From contig OZ024743.1 in assembly GCA_964016885.1 (NCBI GenBank), positions 41,230,001 to 41,294,000 of the forward strand: a stretch of 64,000 nucleotides of DNA, read 5' to 3'. The DNA is from Eledone cirrhosa. Its lineage: Eukaryota. The notes beneath the pieces were generated by a model. The model made no database searches, was not told the DNA's origin, and worked only from the letters and a program-made list of their open reading frames with translations. Positions within the stretch are counted from its first letter, which is position 1, and every line of letters begins with the position of its first letter. The position numbers and the translations under genes are program-made. This document shows positions 31,062 to 45,275 of the stretch, piece by piece.

Positions 31062-31066
<5 letters not shown>
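27516..31066 (+). mobile_element. Penelope-like retroelement (family A; C-terminal GIY-YIG, Hydra-clade-like) with pseudo-LTRs
   Basis: Direct repeat 27516-27795 matches 30765-31043 and flanks an RT-GIY-YIG ORF; the 3' UTR has two ~138 bp tandem units (30534-30800); the element ends in (ATT)n then (TA)n. Confidence 0.92.
27837..29954 (+). pseudogene. Penelope-like RT-endonuclease ORF with two frameshifts (~28615 and ~28775)
   Basis: N-terminal FIKRLRWRAF and SDKTGNLY; RT motifs FDINNYYSS, FDVSMGA..AEVTDLIG, LYRDDGL, NYLDVT, YRKP; WYNPPY; linker CNCRNRADCPLSGKCL; GIY-YIG IVY...YIG..FKQR..H, LC..E, LNKKSE..CKH. Confidence 0.92.
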
Positions 31067-31124
<58 letters not shown>

Positions 31125-31500
31125 CATATATATATATATGCACATACTGTGTATCTTCAAGTGACTTTTTTTATTAGACCCCACTCCTCAAAACAGCGCC
31201 GTGGCCCCTTCACATGATAAATCACGTGGGGATGGTTGACTGAGCGATTATCCATCGCATTTGGCGATGAAGATTTAGTCATTTAAATGTCTCGATTTCT
31301 AATTTCTGAATTGACGTGTAAGAGTTTGAGTATCTTAAATACACGCTTACATTTATACTCAGTCTCCATCACATTCAACTATGTCACAATATATTGCAAT
31401 ACTATTTCTTATGTGTTATTTGACCGTAAATGTTTAGAATCCCACAAATGCGTGTTTTCGTGAGGTAATTCCCAAGTCGAATCTGCGGGAAAGATATATA

Positions 31501-31605
<105 letters not shown>

Positions 31606-31639
31606 GAGGTGGGGGTGGCGGTGGAATCCCAAATAAATC

Positions 31640-32070
31640 GGGAGGCAACAGCTGTTAAAAGGGGACCCTATTTCTTCGCCCACTTATTACTGCGAAGATC
31701 GTTAGGGCAAAGACCTCAAACACTCCCTCCAGCAGAATCAACTGTCTCAAATTGATCCGGCTGGATCCCCAAGTGTGACCAGCGAAACTCAGGGATGCTA
31801 TCCATCCATCATGCTAGGCGTCTAACCCTGGATGTCCTACTTGTTGATATCGCCCGTAAAATCTGTCTGGCGAATCTTTCCTGAGACATTCTAACAACAT
31901 GCCCATAGTATCGGAGCTGTGAGCTCTCAATTCGGAGAAGTACCGGCACTCTATTGAGTAACGTTACACCAAAGACCTTCGGAGGAAACCCATAACGGCC
32001 GCTTTCATTTGCAGTCGTATACTTTTGGTCATTACCCGAAATGTATGACCATATATAAGGGTTTGGGACG
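31640..32070 (-). mobile_element. RTE-clade LINE 3' fragment
   Basis: Minus-strand translation TLIYGH..VMTK..MGFLRR and LLRIESSQLRYYGHVVRM, typical of the RTE post-RT region. Confidence 0.75.
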
Positions 32071-32237
32071 TTAATTGGATTTTCATATTGTGTTTATATA
32101 ATATATGGAAAGAAGGAAAATGCCGAAATTGAAAGGGGACAAAGGAAATGAGGTTTTCTATTAATCTTTCTATTGCTAATAATTTCTGTCGGATACTAGT
32201 CTTTTTCACAGTCCCTTCATTCTCTTTATATATATAT

Positions 32238-32316
<79 letters not shown>

Positions 32317-32318
32317 TA

Positions 32319-32461
32319 CAGGAAAAGAGTCAGGAACCCGAACGGCTGGAGCTCAGCCGTCAGTGTCCTGACTATTTTCATATTACTCAATCTACTAACC
32401 TAAGTATCGTGTACTCTGGTGCGTTACTGTCCACCTGGTTCCTTATCACACTTCCTTCGTT
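32319..32461 (+). mobile_element. Family C foldback+tail insert in (TA)n
   Basis: ggaaaagagtcaggaacccgaacggctg / cagccgtcagtgtcctgactattttc, then tail ..tactctggtgcgttactgtccacctggttcc..ttcgtt; homologous to 41190-41340 and 48482-48690. Confidence 0.75.
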
Positions 32462-32972
32462 ATATATATTCATATATACATATACACGCTCGATATTACT
32501 GCCGCAAAAATGAGCACTATTTACCAACCCAGAGGTTATTATAGGAGAAGCTTCAACAGTGATGTTTATCTTACGATTCAGTATGTAGATATGAGACCAC
32601 CATAATAGATTTCATATTTGCCTAATAAATGTATAGGTGTGTGTTTGTATCTACCAAATTCTTCCTAAAAGATAGCTGAGTAAACACACGCGTGATTTTA
32701 TCCCTCAAATATTGTGTCCCTTTCCTTCCACTTCTTACTCTCGTCTATCTTTACATTTCTTCTATTTCTCATTCTATATTTTGAGGAAGGAATTACACCA
32801 AAAACACTGACACTTTTACAATTATATCAACCGCTGAAATTATATATATATTCAACGAATTGTACCTTTCCTTTCTGTTGTTTTTCCGTTGACTCTTCTG
32901 AAAAGCACGTAAGAGGTCGATACACACTGTCAATAACAACATAAATTATATGTAAACAAACTGCATCGCCTC

Positions 32973-33037
<65 letters not shown>

Positions 33038-33248
33038 ATGTGGGTGTGTGTGTGTGTATATAGATATATATATATATATATATAGATAGATAGATAGAGA
33101 TATAAGGGAACAAAGAATCAGTGCTGTATCATATACATGTTGAATTACATATTACATATATTTGACTATCGATCAGCTCTAGGAACGCTCAGTTTTTAAT
33201 CGATCCTTACTCTGGACTAAATATATATATATATATATATATATTCAT

Positions 33249-33281
<33 letters not shown>

Positions 33282-33285
<4 letters not shown>

Positions 33286-33326
33286 AAAAAGTATGACCCC
33301 CGAGGGCAGAGCTCAATCCGTTTCGA
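33282..33326 (-). mobile_element. Family C inverted arm fragment
   Basis: taggaaaaagtatgacccccgagggcagagctcaatccgtttcga matches the reverse complement of 41299-41340. Confidence 0.65.
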
Positions 33327-33348
33327 TTTATTAGATATCAAATAAAAT

Positions 33349-33420
33349 TTCGTTCTGATGAGCGATTTTCAGACGTCTGTGTCGAGCTCGTCCGTCTTCG
33401 TGAAACCTTTGGTAAAGGAA
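33349..33420 (+). ncRNA. Type I hammerhead with extended stem II
   Basis: Stem I TTCGTT/AAGGAA (5 of 6 pairs); CTGATGA 33355-33361; stem II GCGA..GACG / CGTC.TCGT; GAAA 33402-33405; stem III CC-TTT-GG; site GUA. Confidence 0.6.
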
Positions 33421-33596
33421 TAATTGTCTTATGTTGTTTATTATATAACTAAATAGACCTGTAGCTTTCATAGAACACTCTCCTTGTACAATAGTTCTCT
33501 CTCTCTCTCTCACTTTATATATATATATATATATATAATATATATTATATATATATATATTTATAAGGAGAGGGGAGGAGAGAGAGAGAGAGGAGT

Positions 33597-33656
<60 letters not shown>

Positions 33657-34031
33657 AGTGTACAAGGTGTAACACAGTCGAACCGAACTCCAGATTACAA
33701 GGTACCAATGTGAACTTCTAGACCATACAATCGAGCACTTGTTTCCAATCATAAGGAAGTCACTCAAACCTACAGAAACAAAATACATAAGCACTCGGAT
33801 ATATACATACACATATACGCATATATAGAAATGTATGTACATATGGAGGTGTGTGTGCGTGTGTGTGTGTATGCGTGTGTGTGTGTGTGTGTATTTAACA
33901 GGAAGGAGGAAACTGAGACAAATCAGTCAAATCTGTTGATTACACAAACCTAAACCGAATGAATTAAGTAATAAAACATCATGAATGAATGAAAGAAGAT
34001 AGTAGTGCGTGAACGGGTAGAAAGAGTGAGT

Positions 34032-34049
34032 AATAGTAGCAGCAGCAGC

Positions 34050-34080
<31 letters not shown>

Positions 34081-34082
34081 CC

Positions 34083-34113
<31 letters not shown>

Positions 34114-34115
34114 CC

Positions 34116-34149
<34 letters not shown>

Positions 34150-34182
34150 ATAGTAGTAGTAGTAGTAGTAGTAGCAGCAGTA
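34032..34182. repeat. (TAG)n/(CAG)n microsatellite
   Basis: Directly visible. Confidence 0.95.
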
Positions 34183-34303
34183 GAGAGGTAGTAGAAGCAA
34201 AGTGAAGGGCTTAACTGTTCCGTTTCATATAATGTGTGTCACTTACCAACCACTAACAAGCAGCTGGCTGGCGCAATCTTACACACACACATATATTATA
34301 TGT

Positions 34304-34341
<38 letters not shown>

Positions 34342-34568
34342 ACATATATATATATATGTATGGGTGTATATATATATATATATACGTCATATATATATAT
34401 ATTATATATATACTATATATATATTTATATATGTGTATATATATATATATAAATATATATCACATATATATAATATATTATATATATATATATTTGTATA
34501 TACATTCATACATGTGCATGCATATAGACACATGTATACATACATACAACCACACACACACACAACAC

Positions 34569-34601
<33 letters not shown>

Positions 34602-34988
34602 ATGTATATATATTATATATATATAATATATAAATATATACATATATATATACATAAATATATCATATATATATACATACATATATTAAAATATATATAA
34701 TTACATACATATACATTTTATATATATACATATATATACATTAAAATATATATACATACATATACATTTATATATATATAATATATAAATATATACATAT
34801 ATATATATATAATATATAAATATATACATATATATATACATATATATATCATATATACTATACATACATATATTAAAATATATATACATACATATACATT
34901 TATATATATACATATATATACATTAAAATATATATACATACATATACATTTATATATATACATATATATACATATATATTTATATACA

Positions 34989-35055
<67 letters not shown>

Positions 35056-35056
35056 T

Positions 35057-35157
<101 letters not shown>

Positions 35158-35224
35158 TATATATATACATATATATATACATACATAAATACATATATAT
35201 ATATATATATATATACATACATAA

Positions 35225-35263
<39 letters not shown>

Positions 35264-35268
35264 CATAA

Positions 35269-35301
<33 letters not shown>

Positions 35302-35386
35302 TCCATACATAAATACATATATATCTCTATATATATATATATACATACATAAATACATATATATATATATATATATACATACATAA

Positions 35387-35501
<115 letters not shown>

Positions 35502-35801
35502 AGAGAGAGAGAGAGTCAGGCAGACACACACAGGTCCAATTACACCAATACAGGCACATCACGCATTGAATCATTTACCGACGGCGCTTGTTATTACTCA
35601 GACTGAATCCGTTCATTACATTCAATGTTATATGCATTGTTGGTGTGTGAACCAGATTTTCGCTGAACTGCACTGAGACATAGTGAATCATTGTTACTGT
35701 AAGTCCTCCATCTAATTACAAAGCGTTTGAGATCAGAAGCTGAGCTATGACCCTATTGGACCTGTTGAATGTCACCTCTTTGCGCTCACTGTCTTTCTCT
35801 A

Positions 35802-36015
35802 CAAATGACTCAGCTCTTTGTTTTAACACTCATATATATATGGCTGTGTGAGCTGTATATATATATATATTATATGTATGTATATATTCGTGTGTGTGTG
35901 CGCGTGTGAGCTGTGTGGTCTATATATATATACACATATATATATATATATATAGTTAGAAAGAAAGGAAAATATTGTATGAAGATATAACAAGTATCCT
36001 AATTCTTTCTCTGAT

Positions 36016-36098
<83 letters not shown>

Positions 36099-36223
36099 GT
36101 GAGAGAGAGAGAGAGAGGGTTCACTTCTATTATAACGGCAGAAACTGGTTGCTAAAACAGATGTATAAATACAAATAGGCTTAAAAATAACAGTCACAAA
36201 AAAATACATACACACAAATACAT

Positions 36224-36291
<68 letters not shown>

Positions 36292-36365
36292 TCAGACAGA
36301 TGGCAGGGCACATATATGTGTCTAACTCTCAATAACCATGATACTTTTCTAAGCGGGTCTCTCTC

Positions 36366-36425
<60 letters not shown>

Positions 36426-38788
36426 TCTACCTCTCTCTCTCTCCCTCTCTTTCTCTTTGTCTCTCTCTATGTGTGTGTGTATGCGTGTGTGGGAGCCCAC
36501 TGTGTGTGCCGAGTCAATACACTCCGAGTGTAACAGATTATAGTTTCAAATATCAATTCAGTATGTCGACTACCTATAAACATCTTATCATTCATGAGGT
36601 TTCTTCGGGTCTTAAATCACATACATCTCACATTATTTTTCCTTCAGTGTAGAGCTCATTAATAACACTGCTCTTAATTAGCTTGGGGTAATTAGAAGTT
36701 TGAGAAGCAGATTTATTTACACAGAAACTCATTCACCAATATCTTAAGGCAACATCTATTTAAGATAGAGATGAACGTATTTTATCGGTACCATTAGTTA
36801 AGCAGCATATTACATTACAAACTTTCCAATGTGGAATGAAATGGAACTATCACTCTCGACGACCAGAGTTCTAGCTGTTCGATCAAGGGAATTGTCTGTC
36901 TGTGAACGTATAAGTGACTAAGTATTCCAGAAACATATGTAAACTTAATTTAATTCTCAGAGAGTTTCAGCAATTGGTTATTTGGTCAACTGAACGTCGG
37001 TCCCGTTAAATTATCATGTAGGAAGTGGACGAGAATTCTTCATACGCATGTAGCCTTGGTATAATTTGATTGAATGTTTCACCGTGAAAGAGTATGACGT
37101 GGTTGGTTTCTTTGAATTACAAGTGCAACTTATATTTTTTCCCATCTGGGTAGCCTGAAATAATGTCTTTCTCACGTATAAAATGCGCCGCTGGAGAGCA
37201 AAATCCTTACCTCACGATTGTCTGCTAACCACCCCGACAAATAAGTAAAGAACGTTCGGACATACAACTGAAATGTGAGTAGATTTACCAAATCATGACA
37301 CATGCTCACTACATGACAATTAACTAACGGTACAGTTCACCCAATGCTATTCCATACATTTTCCTTCTATCCAATTCCAATTAAAATGCTTAAAACTTGT
37401 CCAAGATCCTATGCAATGCTATCCAACTTGGATTCTCATAATTGCAAATATTAGTAAGTTATTCTGTAATAATGAATCAACCAGCTTGCCACAACGTTAT
37501 TAATCAGATGCCATAAACATATAGTAGTAGTCGTTATATTGTGTTGCTGATCAAGTAGATATGACCAGAAGTATTCCGTCCGTGACTAAGTCTGCATCTC
37601 TTTCCCCATAAAAGGAGCATGTTGTTCAATACGTCTATCTGTATTCAAGACAGTGTCTTTGATTAGACGGTGAAATGTATGTTGGCTGTTATCTGTAGAA
37701 GTTGCCTGCAATCAAAACATATCAACACTTTTTTTTTTACTGCATTTTAAATGGAATTCCCTTTATCTCATAAATTATTGGAGAATTTTGAAGGATTAAC
37801 TAAATTTATTATTTCTTGACAAATGCATGGTTCTAAAAGAAAATTAAGTTGGAAGATTTTAATTTAATTATAGGCCGCCATCAAAACCTGTGATGTTTGC
37901 TTTTTACTTTTCGGAAAACCAGGCACGGTTTGCGCTCCGTAATTTCTATGAAAGAGAATCGGAAGTTAGTAAAACAGAAAATATGTTAGTCAAGGTCATA
38001 AACTGGAAATGAAACTTACACGCGACCATCCCTGTCCATGAGAGGAAATGGGAAACAATGTTGAGTGAAGGGTTAATGTCCGGAAGAGTTGCGGAGCCTG
38101 TGTTGTAGAGTGCTTATAATGAATGATCCGTCGGTTGCGAGGATGATCATACATTTGTCGGAGTCATTGAATGCACAGTTCGTGAATTGACGCGTAAGTG
38201 ATATACCACAAGCGTGATTATTTTCACCTGATGGTTTTTTCGTTGCTTTGGTATTATGTGGTTAGTCTCGCCTACCGCAGTTTTTAATTTGTCAAGCTAC
38301 CCTAACGTATGGTATTACTCTAAGGTGACACAGTCTTATCGAGTTCTTTGCTATACGTTCCTAACTTCGATTTTANNNNNNNNNNNNNNNNNNNNNNNNN
38401 NNNNNNNNNNNNNNNNNNNNNNNNNNNNNNNNNNNNNNNNNNNNNNNNNNNNNNNNNNNNNNNNNNNNNNNNNNNNNNNNNNNNNNNNNNNNNNNNNNNN
38501 NNNNNNNNNNNNNNNNNNNNNNNNNNNNNNNNNNNNNNNNNNNNNNNNNNNNNNNNNNNNNNNNNNNNNNNNNNNCAAATGACTCAGCTCTTTGTTTTAA
38601 CACTCATATATATATGGCTGTGTGAGCTGTATATATATATATAATATGTATGTATATATTCGTGTGTGTGTGCGCGTGTGAGCTGTGTGTCTATATATAT
38701 ATACACATATATATATATATATATAGTTAGAAAGAAAGGAAAATATTGTATGAAGATATAACAAGTATCCTAATTCTTCTCTGATAGA

Positions 38789-38863
<75 letters not shown>

Positions 38864-38988
38864 TGAGAGAGAGAGAGAGAGGGTTCACTTCTATTATAAC
38901 GGCAGAAACTGGTTGCTAAAACCAGATGTATAAATACAAATAGGCTTAAAAATAACAGTCACAAAAAAATACATACACACAAATACAT

Positions 38989-39085
<97 letters not shown>

Positions 39086-39149
39086 TCAGACAGATGGCAG
39101 GGCACATATATGTGTCTAACTCTCAATAACCATGATACTTTTCTAAGCG

Positions 39150-39187
<38 letters not shown>

Positions 39188-41155
39188 CTCTCTCCTCTCT
39201 CTCTCTCTCTCTCATACCTCTCTCTCTCTCCCTCTCTTTCTCTTTGTCTCTCTCTATGTGTGTGTGTATGCGTGTGTGGGAGCCCACTGTGTGTGCCGAG
39301 TCAATACACTCCGAGTGTAACAGATTATAGTTTCAAATATCAATTCAGTATGTCGACTACCTATAAACATCTTATCATTCATGAGGTTTCTTCGGGTCTT
39401 AAATCACATACATCTCAGATTATTTTTCCTTCAGTGTAGAGCTCATTAATAACACTGCTCTTAATTAGCTTGGGGTAATTAGAAGTTTGAGAAGCAGAGT
39501 TATTTACACAGAAACTCATTCACCAATATCTTAAGGCAACATCTATTTAAGATAGAGATGAACGTATTTTATCGGTACCATTAGTTTAAGCAGCAGATTA
39601 CATTACAAACTTTCCAATGTGGAATGAAATGGAACTATCACTCTCGACGACCAGAGTTCTAGCTGTTCGATCAGGGAATTGTCTGTCTGTGAACGTATAA
39701 GTGACTAAGTATTCCAGAAACATATGTAAACTTAATTTAATTCTCCAGAGAGTTTCAGCAATTGGTTATTTGGTCAACTGAACGTCGGTCCCGTTAAATT
39801 ATCATGTAGAAGTGGACGAGAATTCTTCATACGCATGTAGCCTTGGTATAATTTGATTGAATGTTTCACCGTGAAAGAGTATGACGTGGTTGGTTCTTTG
39901 AATTACAAGTGCAACTTATATTTTTCCATCTGGGTAGCCTGAAATAATGTCTTTCTCACGTATAAAATGCGCCGCTGGAGAGCAAAATCCTTACCTCACG
40001 ATTGTCTGCTAACCACCCCGACAAATAAGTAAAGAACGTTCGGACATACAACTGAAATGTGAGTAGATTTACCAAATCATGACACATGCTCACTACATGA
40101 CAATTAACTAACGGTACAGTTCACCCAATGCTATTCCATACATTTTCCTTCTATCCAATTCCAATTAAAATGCTTAAAACTTGTCCAAGATCCTATGCAA
40201 TGCTATCCAACTTGGATTCTCATAATTGCAAATATTAGTAAGTTATTCTGTAATAATGAATCAACCAGCTTGCCACAACGTTATTAATCAGATGCCATAA
40301 ACATAGTAGTAGTCGTTATATTGTGTTGCTGATCAAGTAGATATGACCAGAAGTATTCCGTCCGTGACTAAGTCTGCATCTCTTTCCCCATAAAAGGAGC
40401 ATGTTGTTCAATACGTCTATCTGTATTCAAGACAGTGTCTTTGATTAGACGGTGAAATGTATGTTGGCTGTTATCTGTAGAAGTTGCCTGCAATCAAAAC
40501 ATATCAACACTTTTTTTTTACTGCATTTTAAATGGAATTCCCTTTATCTCATAAATTAATGGAGAATTTTGAAGATTAACTAAATTTATTATTTCTTGAC
40601 AAATGCATGGTTCTAAAAGAAAATTAAGTTGGAAGATTTTAATTTAATTATAGGCCGCCATCAAAACCTGTGATGTTTGCTTTTTACTTTTCGGAAAACC
40701 AGGCACGGTTTGCGCTCCGTAATTTCTATGAAAGAGAATCGGAAGTTAGTAAAACAGAAAATATGTTAGTCAAGGTCATAAACTGGAAATGAAACTTACA
40801 CGCGACCATCCCTGTCCATGAGAGGAAATGGGAAACAATGTTGAGTGAAGGGTTAATGTCCGGAAGAGTTGCGGAGCCTGTGTTGTAGAGTGCTTATAAT
40901 GAATGATCCGTCGGTTGCGAGGATGATCATACATTTGTCGGAGTCATTGAATGCACAGTTCGTGAATTGACGCGTAAGTGATATACCACAAGCGTGATTA
41001 TTTTCACCTGATGGTTTTTTCGTTGCTTTGGTATTATGTGGTTAGTCTCGCCTACCGCAGTTTTTAATTTGTCAAGCTACCCTAACGTATGGTATCACTC
41101 TAAGGTGACACAGTCTTATCGAGTTCTTTGCTATACGTTCCTAACTTCGATTTTA
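35802..41155. repeat. 2.6 kb near-identical tandem duplication (35802-38375 and 38576-41155) around a 200-N gap
   Basis: Copy 1 ends exactly at the gap and copy 2 starts exactly after it; differences are mostly single-base indels and microsatellite lengths. Confidence 0.95.
38376..38575. other. Assembly gap (200 N)
   Basis: Run of N. Confidence 1.
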
Positions 41156-41189
41156 CTAAACTTCCATTTGTATATATATATATATATAT

Positions 41190-41340
41190 AACGAAGGAAG
41201 TGTGGTAAGGAACCAGATGGACCATAACGCAGCAGAGTACTCAATACTTAGGGTAGTAGAGTGGGTAATTTCTGGACTCTGGGTCCAGAAATAGCCGTCG
41301 AAATGGCTTGAGCTCTGCCGTCGGGGTCTAACATTTTCCT
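41190..41340 (-). mobile_element. Family C insert (tail on minus strand plus opposite arm) in (TA)n
   Basis: aacgaaggaagtgtggtaaggaaccagatggacc.. is the reverse complement of the 32400-32461 tail. Confidence 0.75.
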
Positions 41341-41518
41341 ATATATATATATATATATATTTATATTATTATGTTTCATATGATATTGGCTGTGTGCAAG
41401 TGCTCAGATTTCTTATGCGTCTTGCTTCAATCGCTCATTGAGCGATCATAGTGCTGCATGATCGTTGTATTACATTTAGATCTATTTTGATATATATATA
41501 TATACATAGAAAGAGAGA

Positions 41519-41603
<85 letters not shown>

Positions 41604-41632
41604 AGAGAGAGAGAGAGAGAGAAAGGAGAGAG

Positions 41633-41690
<58 letters not shown>

Positions 41691-42789
41691 GTAGATTTAT
41701 ATATATATATATTATAAAATCTCCCCATCATCTGTTTATATGAGAAACTTTCTTAGGTCTCAAGCTCTCAAACTTCAGCTTAATAACAGAGGAGATTTAA
41801 CTAATTCCCTTCAAATTCTATGTCTTTGGCTAATGATATCCAAATTATAAGCAGTATTTTCCATCAAAAATAGGGTAACGGAATGAGTAAATACCGTGTA
41901 ATTGTTAATTAAGCAATTATTTATTAAACGTAGCCCACAATGGAGCTTGTACCTCCCTTCTTTTTGTTTGCTGGTTCCACTCTTTCTGCAAGGCCATATA
42001 AATGTGTAACAAGAAAGCAAGGACTTTACTGAGTGAAATGGAATAGAAATAAATAATATCTTATCCAGAAAGGTGTGTTAGAGAGACAAAAAATTAAATG
42101 GGTTTAATATACATGTGTTCTGCTTAAAATAACACTCAAATTACCTCAAACCACAGTCTAATGTCTCGTAACAGAAAGGACACAACAAATATAATACTGC
42201 ATATACTAAGAAGACAAAATACTAAAAACTGAAATGCTTTCAATTTATAACTTAGCTATACCAGAGCCAGCCAAATGCTAAATCACACCGACATTGCTAC
42301 ATTTTGATACAATCATAATGAATCATTCACCCAACGTTAACCAAAGATTGAATGATGTTTATTGATCTTCTGTCAGTTTTGAAGAAGAGCATTCATTCCT
42401 TCGTTCAGCAGAAAGCCTGATTCGTGAATTACCGTAACATTTATGGACACACATGCTCTCAAAGTTAGCCGAATGCGTGTAATACAATATGTTACACGAC
42501 TGGATATTTGAAATACAGACACAATCTATCCTTCGGTCTTCCACAGTAGAATCGAATCTAGGACATGCTAATTGCCAAGTGAACTTCTTAACCATTCAGC
42601 CATAGTTGTGTATGAACTTACTACAAATTAAATTATCATTGGATTCACATACGAAAAATTCACAACGTAGTCTCTAAGATGATAAATGCAACAACCAAAT
42701 CTCCTGCACACTACACACTAAATTAACTAAACTGAATAATATAGTCGCAAACAAAACAAGGGACAGGATCGTCATGACTGAAATATCTT

Positions 42790-44045
42790 GGTTCATGAAA
42801 AGAAGTGGGCCAACACAGTGCCTTGCCGAAGACGACTATTGACTTTGGCTAGGCTTCATTTTACTCCTTCGACTACATGTTGGGCTCTGTCTATCAGGAA
42901 AAAATTGATCCATTGCAGTAACTTTCCAGAGACACCAATGTCGGGTAGATTTTTTTTCAATAAAATCTTGTGTAGTTATAGAAAAGAATTGAACGTTAGT
43001 TCACTGCAAGTGACTTGTTTCCGTTTTTGAAATCTGGGACAACAGACTGGGACAGAAGGTTTTCTGGAATATAGCCAGCATCTAGTGGATTCCTCCACAG
43101 ATTAGCAAGAGGTGATGCAAGTTGGTTTCGAAACCCCCTTCAGGACACAAGCGGGGAATCTATCAGGGCCTAATCCTGAATTGTGTTTAATTTCGTTTAT
43201 TGCCGCTAGTGCGTTGGTGATTTGCATCACTGATACAGTCCAGATCGGTCACATCAGGGTTGCTGAAAACAGAGCAGTATTTTTCTGCAGTATCTCACCC
43301 ATGGTTTTGGCATTATCTTGGAGTTTGCCATTTTGATCCATTAGAGGGCCAACAGTGGAGACCTTGTGATTTTTCGAAAATGGAAAGAACACTTTGGGAT
43401 TGAAGTGCCCATTTCTCCTCAGCTGTTCTTTGGTTATTGAGGATGGTTTCATGCATTGTTGGAGGTTATATGTTTTTATTCAAAGAGTGTGGAAGCCGTC
43501 GAATGTATGTGTTGTTGGCAGTATTTCAGTTTGTTAATTTTTTTGTTTGTTCTTTATATTTTTCTGGTAATAGTTTTGGGGGATTCTGCACTTAGTTTTG
43601 TTCACAGGTCATTGTGTGGTGTGATTTGCACATATGTTTGTGACAGTGTCTACAAAGATCTGCCAAGATGTTATGATGTTGGTAGTAATGTATGCGTGTG
43701 TAAAAGACCAGTCAACAGGTGATAGCTCGTTCATGATTGCATCCCAGTTGGCATTATAGAGATCCATGTTATCAAATGGGTGTGCTGGAGAGAGGTCACT
43801 AGGATTAGCTTTGGTCTGGTAGAATCTCAGGTTAGAGAGAACCATGTCATTGTCTGAAAGAAGAGTACTTTCCACTGTAATATTATGTGTAGTGTTCGTG
43901 TGGTTACTAAAGACTAGGTCCAAAATGTTATTCTGGTATCTTGTTGGTGCAAGGACATATTGGGACAACAGAAAAGTCATTCATAAAGTCGAACAGTGAC
44001 TATACTGTTTCTTTGTCAGCAGTTGAGGCGGGAGTGCCTGGTTTC
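42790..44045 (-). mobile_element. Degraded CR1-like LINE ORF2 fragment (APE end to RT motif B)
   Basis: APE C-terminal PTRYQNNILDLVF..LSDNDMV; NPKVFF..VGPL; GPDRFP; RT-like GVSGKLLQWI..FL..R.Q.V and QGTVL. Confidence 0.8.
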
Positions 44046-44048
44046 AAA

Positions 44049-44108
<60 letters not shown>

Positions 44109-44142
44109 ATATATAAACCTTGCTACATTTTTCTCCAGCTGA

Positions 44143-44363
<221 letters not shown>

Positions 44364-44375
44364 TATATATATATA

Positions 44376-44414
<39 letters not shown>

Positions 44415-44466
44415 AGAGAGAGAGAGAGAGATCAAGAGAGATCAAGAGAGAGATCAAGAGAGAGAG

Positions 44467-44537
<71 letters not shown>

Positions 44538-44590
44538 AAGAGAGCAATCAGTCCATGGGACGAGGTTGGTAGAAGTAGTAACAACAGTTA

Positions 44591-44703
44591 GTTCACCATA
44601 CCGAGAACAATTATTTCACATCCGCATAAGGTGAAATATTTGTTCTCGGTATGGTGAAAGCAGCGATTCTTTGCTTAAACTTTAATCTGTTATTTTAATA
44701 AAT
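44591..44703 (+). mobile_element. Family A pseudo-LTR end preceded by a ~28 bp-arm hairpin
   Basis: ttcaccataccgagaacaa..ttgttctcggtatggtgaa overlaps ggtgaaagcagcgattctttgc..ttttaataaat. Confidence 0.75.
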
Positions 44704-44724
44704 ATATATATATATATATATAAA

Positions 44725-45230
44725 GAGATATAGGATTGCCACAATAAAGGAGTGGAGGTACTGGGAGAGGCTAAAAGAACTGAAACTCTACTCCTTGGAA
44801 CGAAGACGGGAGAGGTACGCAGTCATATACATATGGAAAATCCTGGAGGGACTAGTACCAAACTTTATCATTAAGAGCTGGACCAACCCCCGAACAGCAC
44901 GTCAGTGTGTGGTGCCAAATGACCCATCGTTCACATCTACAATAAGGAGCAGATATTGCAATAGCTTGGGGTCCAAACGCCCTCAGCTCTTCAACAACTG
45001 TAAAGAAATCTGAGAACGTGGATGTTTCCAAGAAACATATTGACACCTTGCTTACCAGGATCCCGGATGAGCCCACTATAAGGTACGAAGGTAACTTAAG
45101 GGCAGCATCAAAGAATACCCTCGTACACCAATGGCCAGACCACACAGACTGGAGATGGAATGTGTAGCAACAAGGAAGGTGCCCCAACATGGCCTCAGCC
45201 ATGTGGCTGGAACAAGTAAACGAGTAAAAG
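44725..45230 (+). mobile_element. CR1-like LINE 3' end
   Basis: YWERLKELKLYSLERRRERYAVIYIWKILEGLVPN..GP/RPQLFN, typical of the CR1-group ORF2 C-terminus. Confidence 0.8.
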
Positions 45231-45232
45231 AG

Positions 45233-45271
<39 letters not shown>

Positions 45272-45275
<4 letters not shown>

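Noticed and set aside
32775-32815. ttgaggaaggaattacaccaaaaac as a hammerhead
   Set aside because: Several core positions deviate and the stems cannot be paired confidently.
38030-38230. Possible Tc1/mariner N-terminal remnant (duplicated at about 40810-41010)
   Set aside because: Too degraded; no clear motif or TIR identified by eye.
38256-38644. ORFs spanning the N gap
   Set aside because: Artefacts of translating N.
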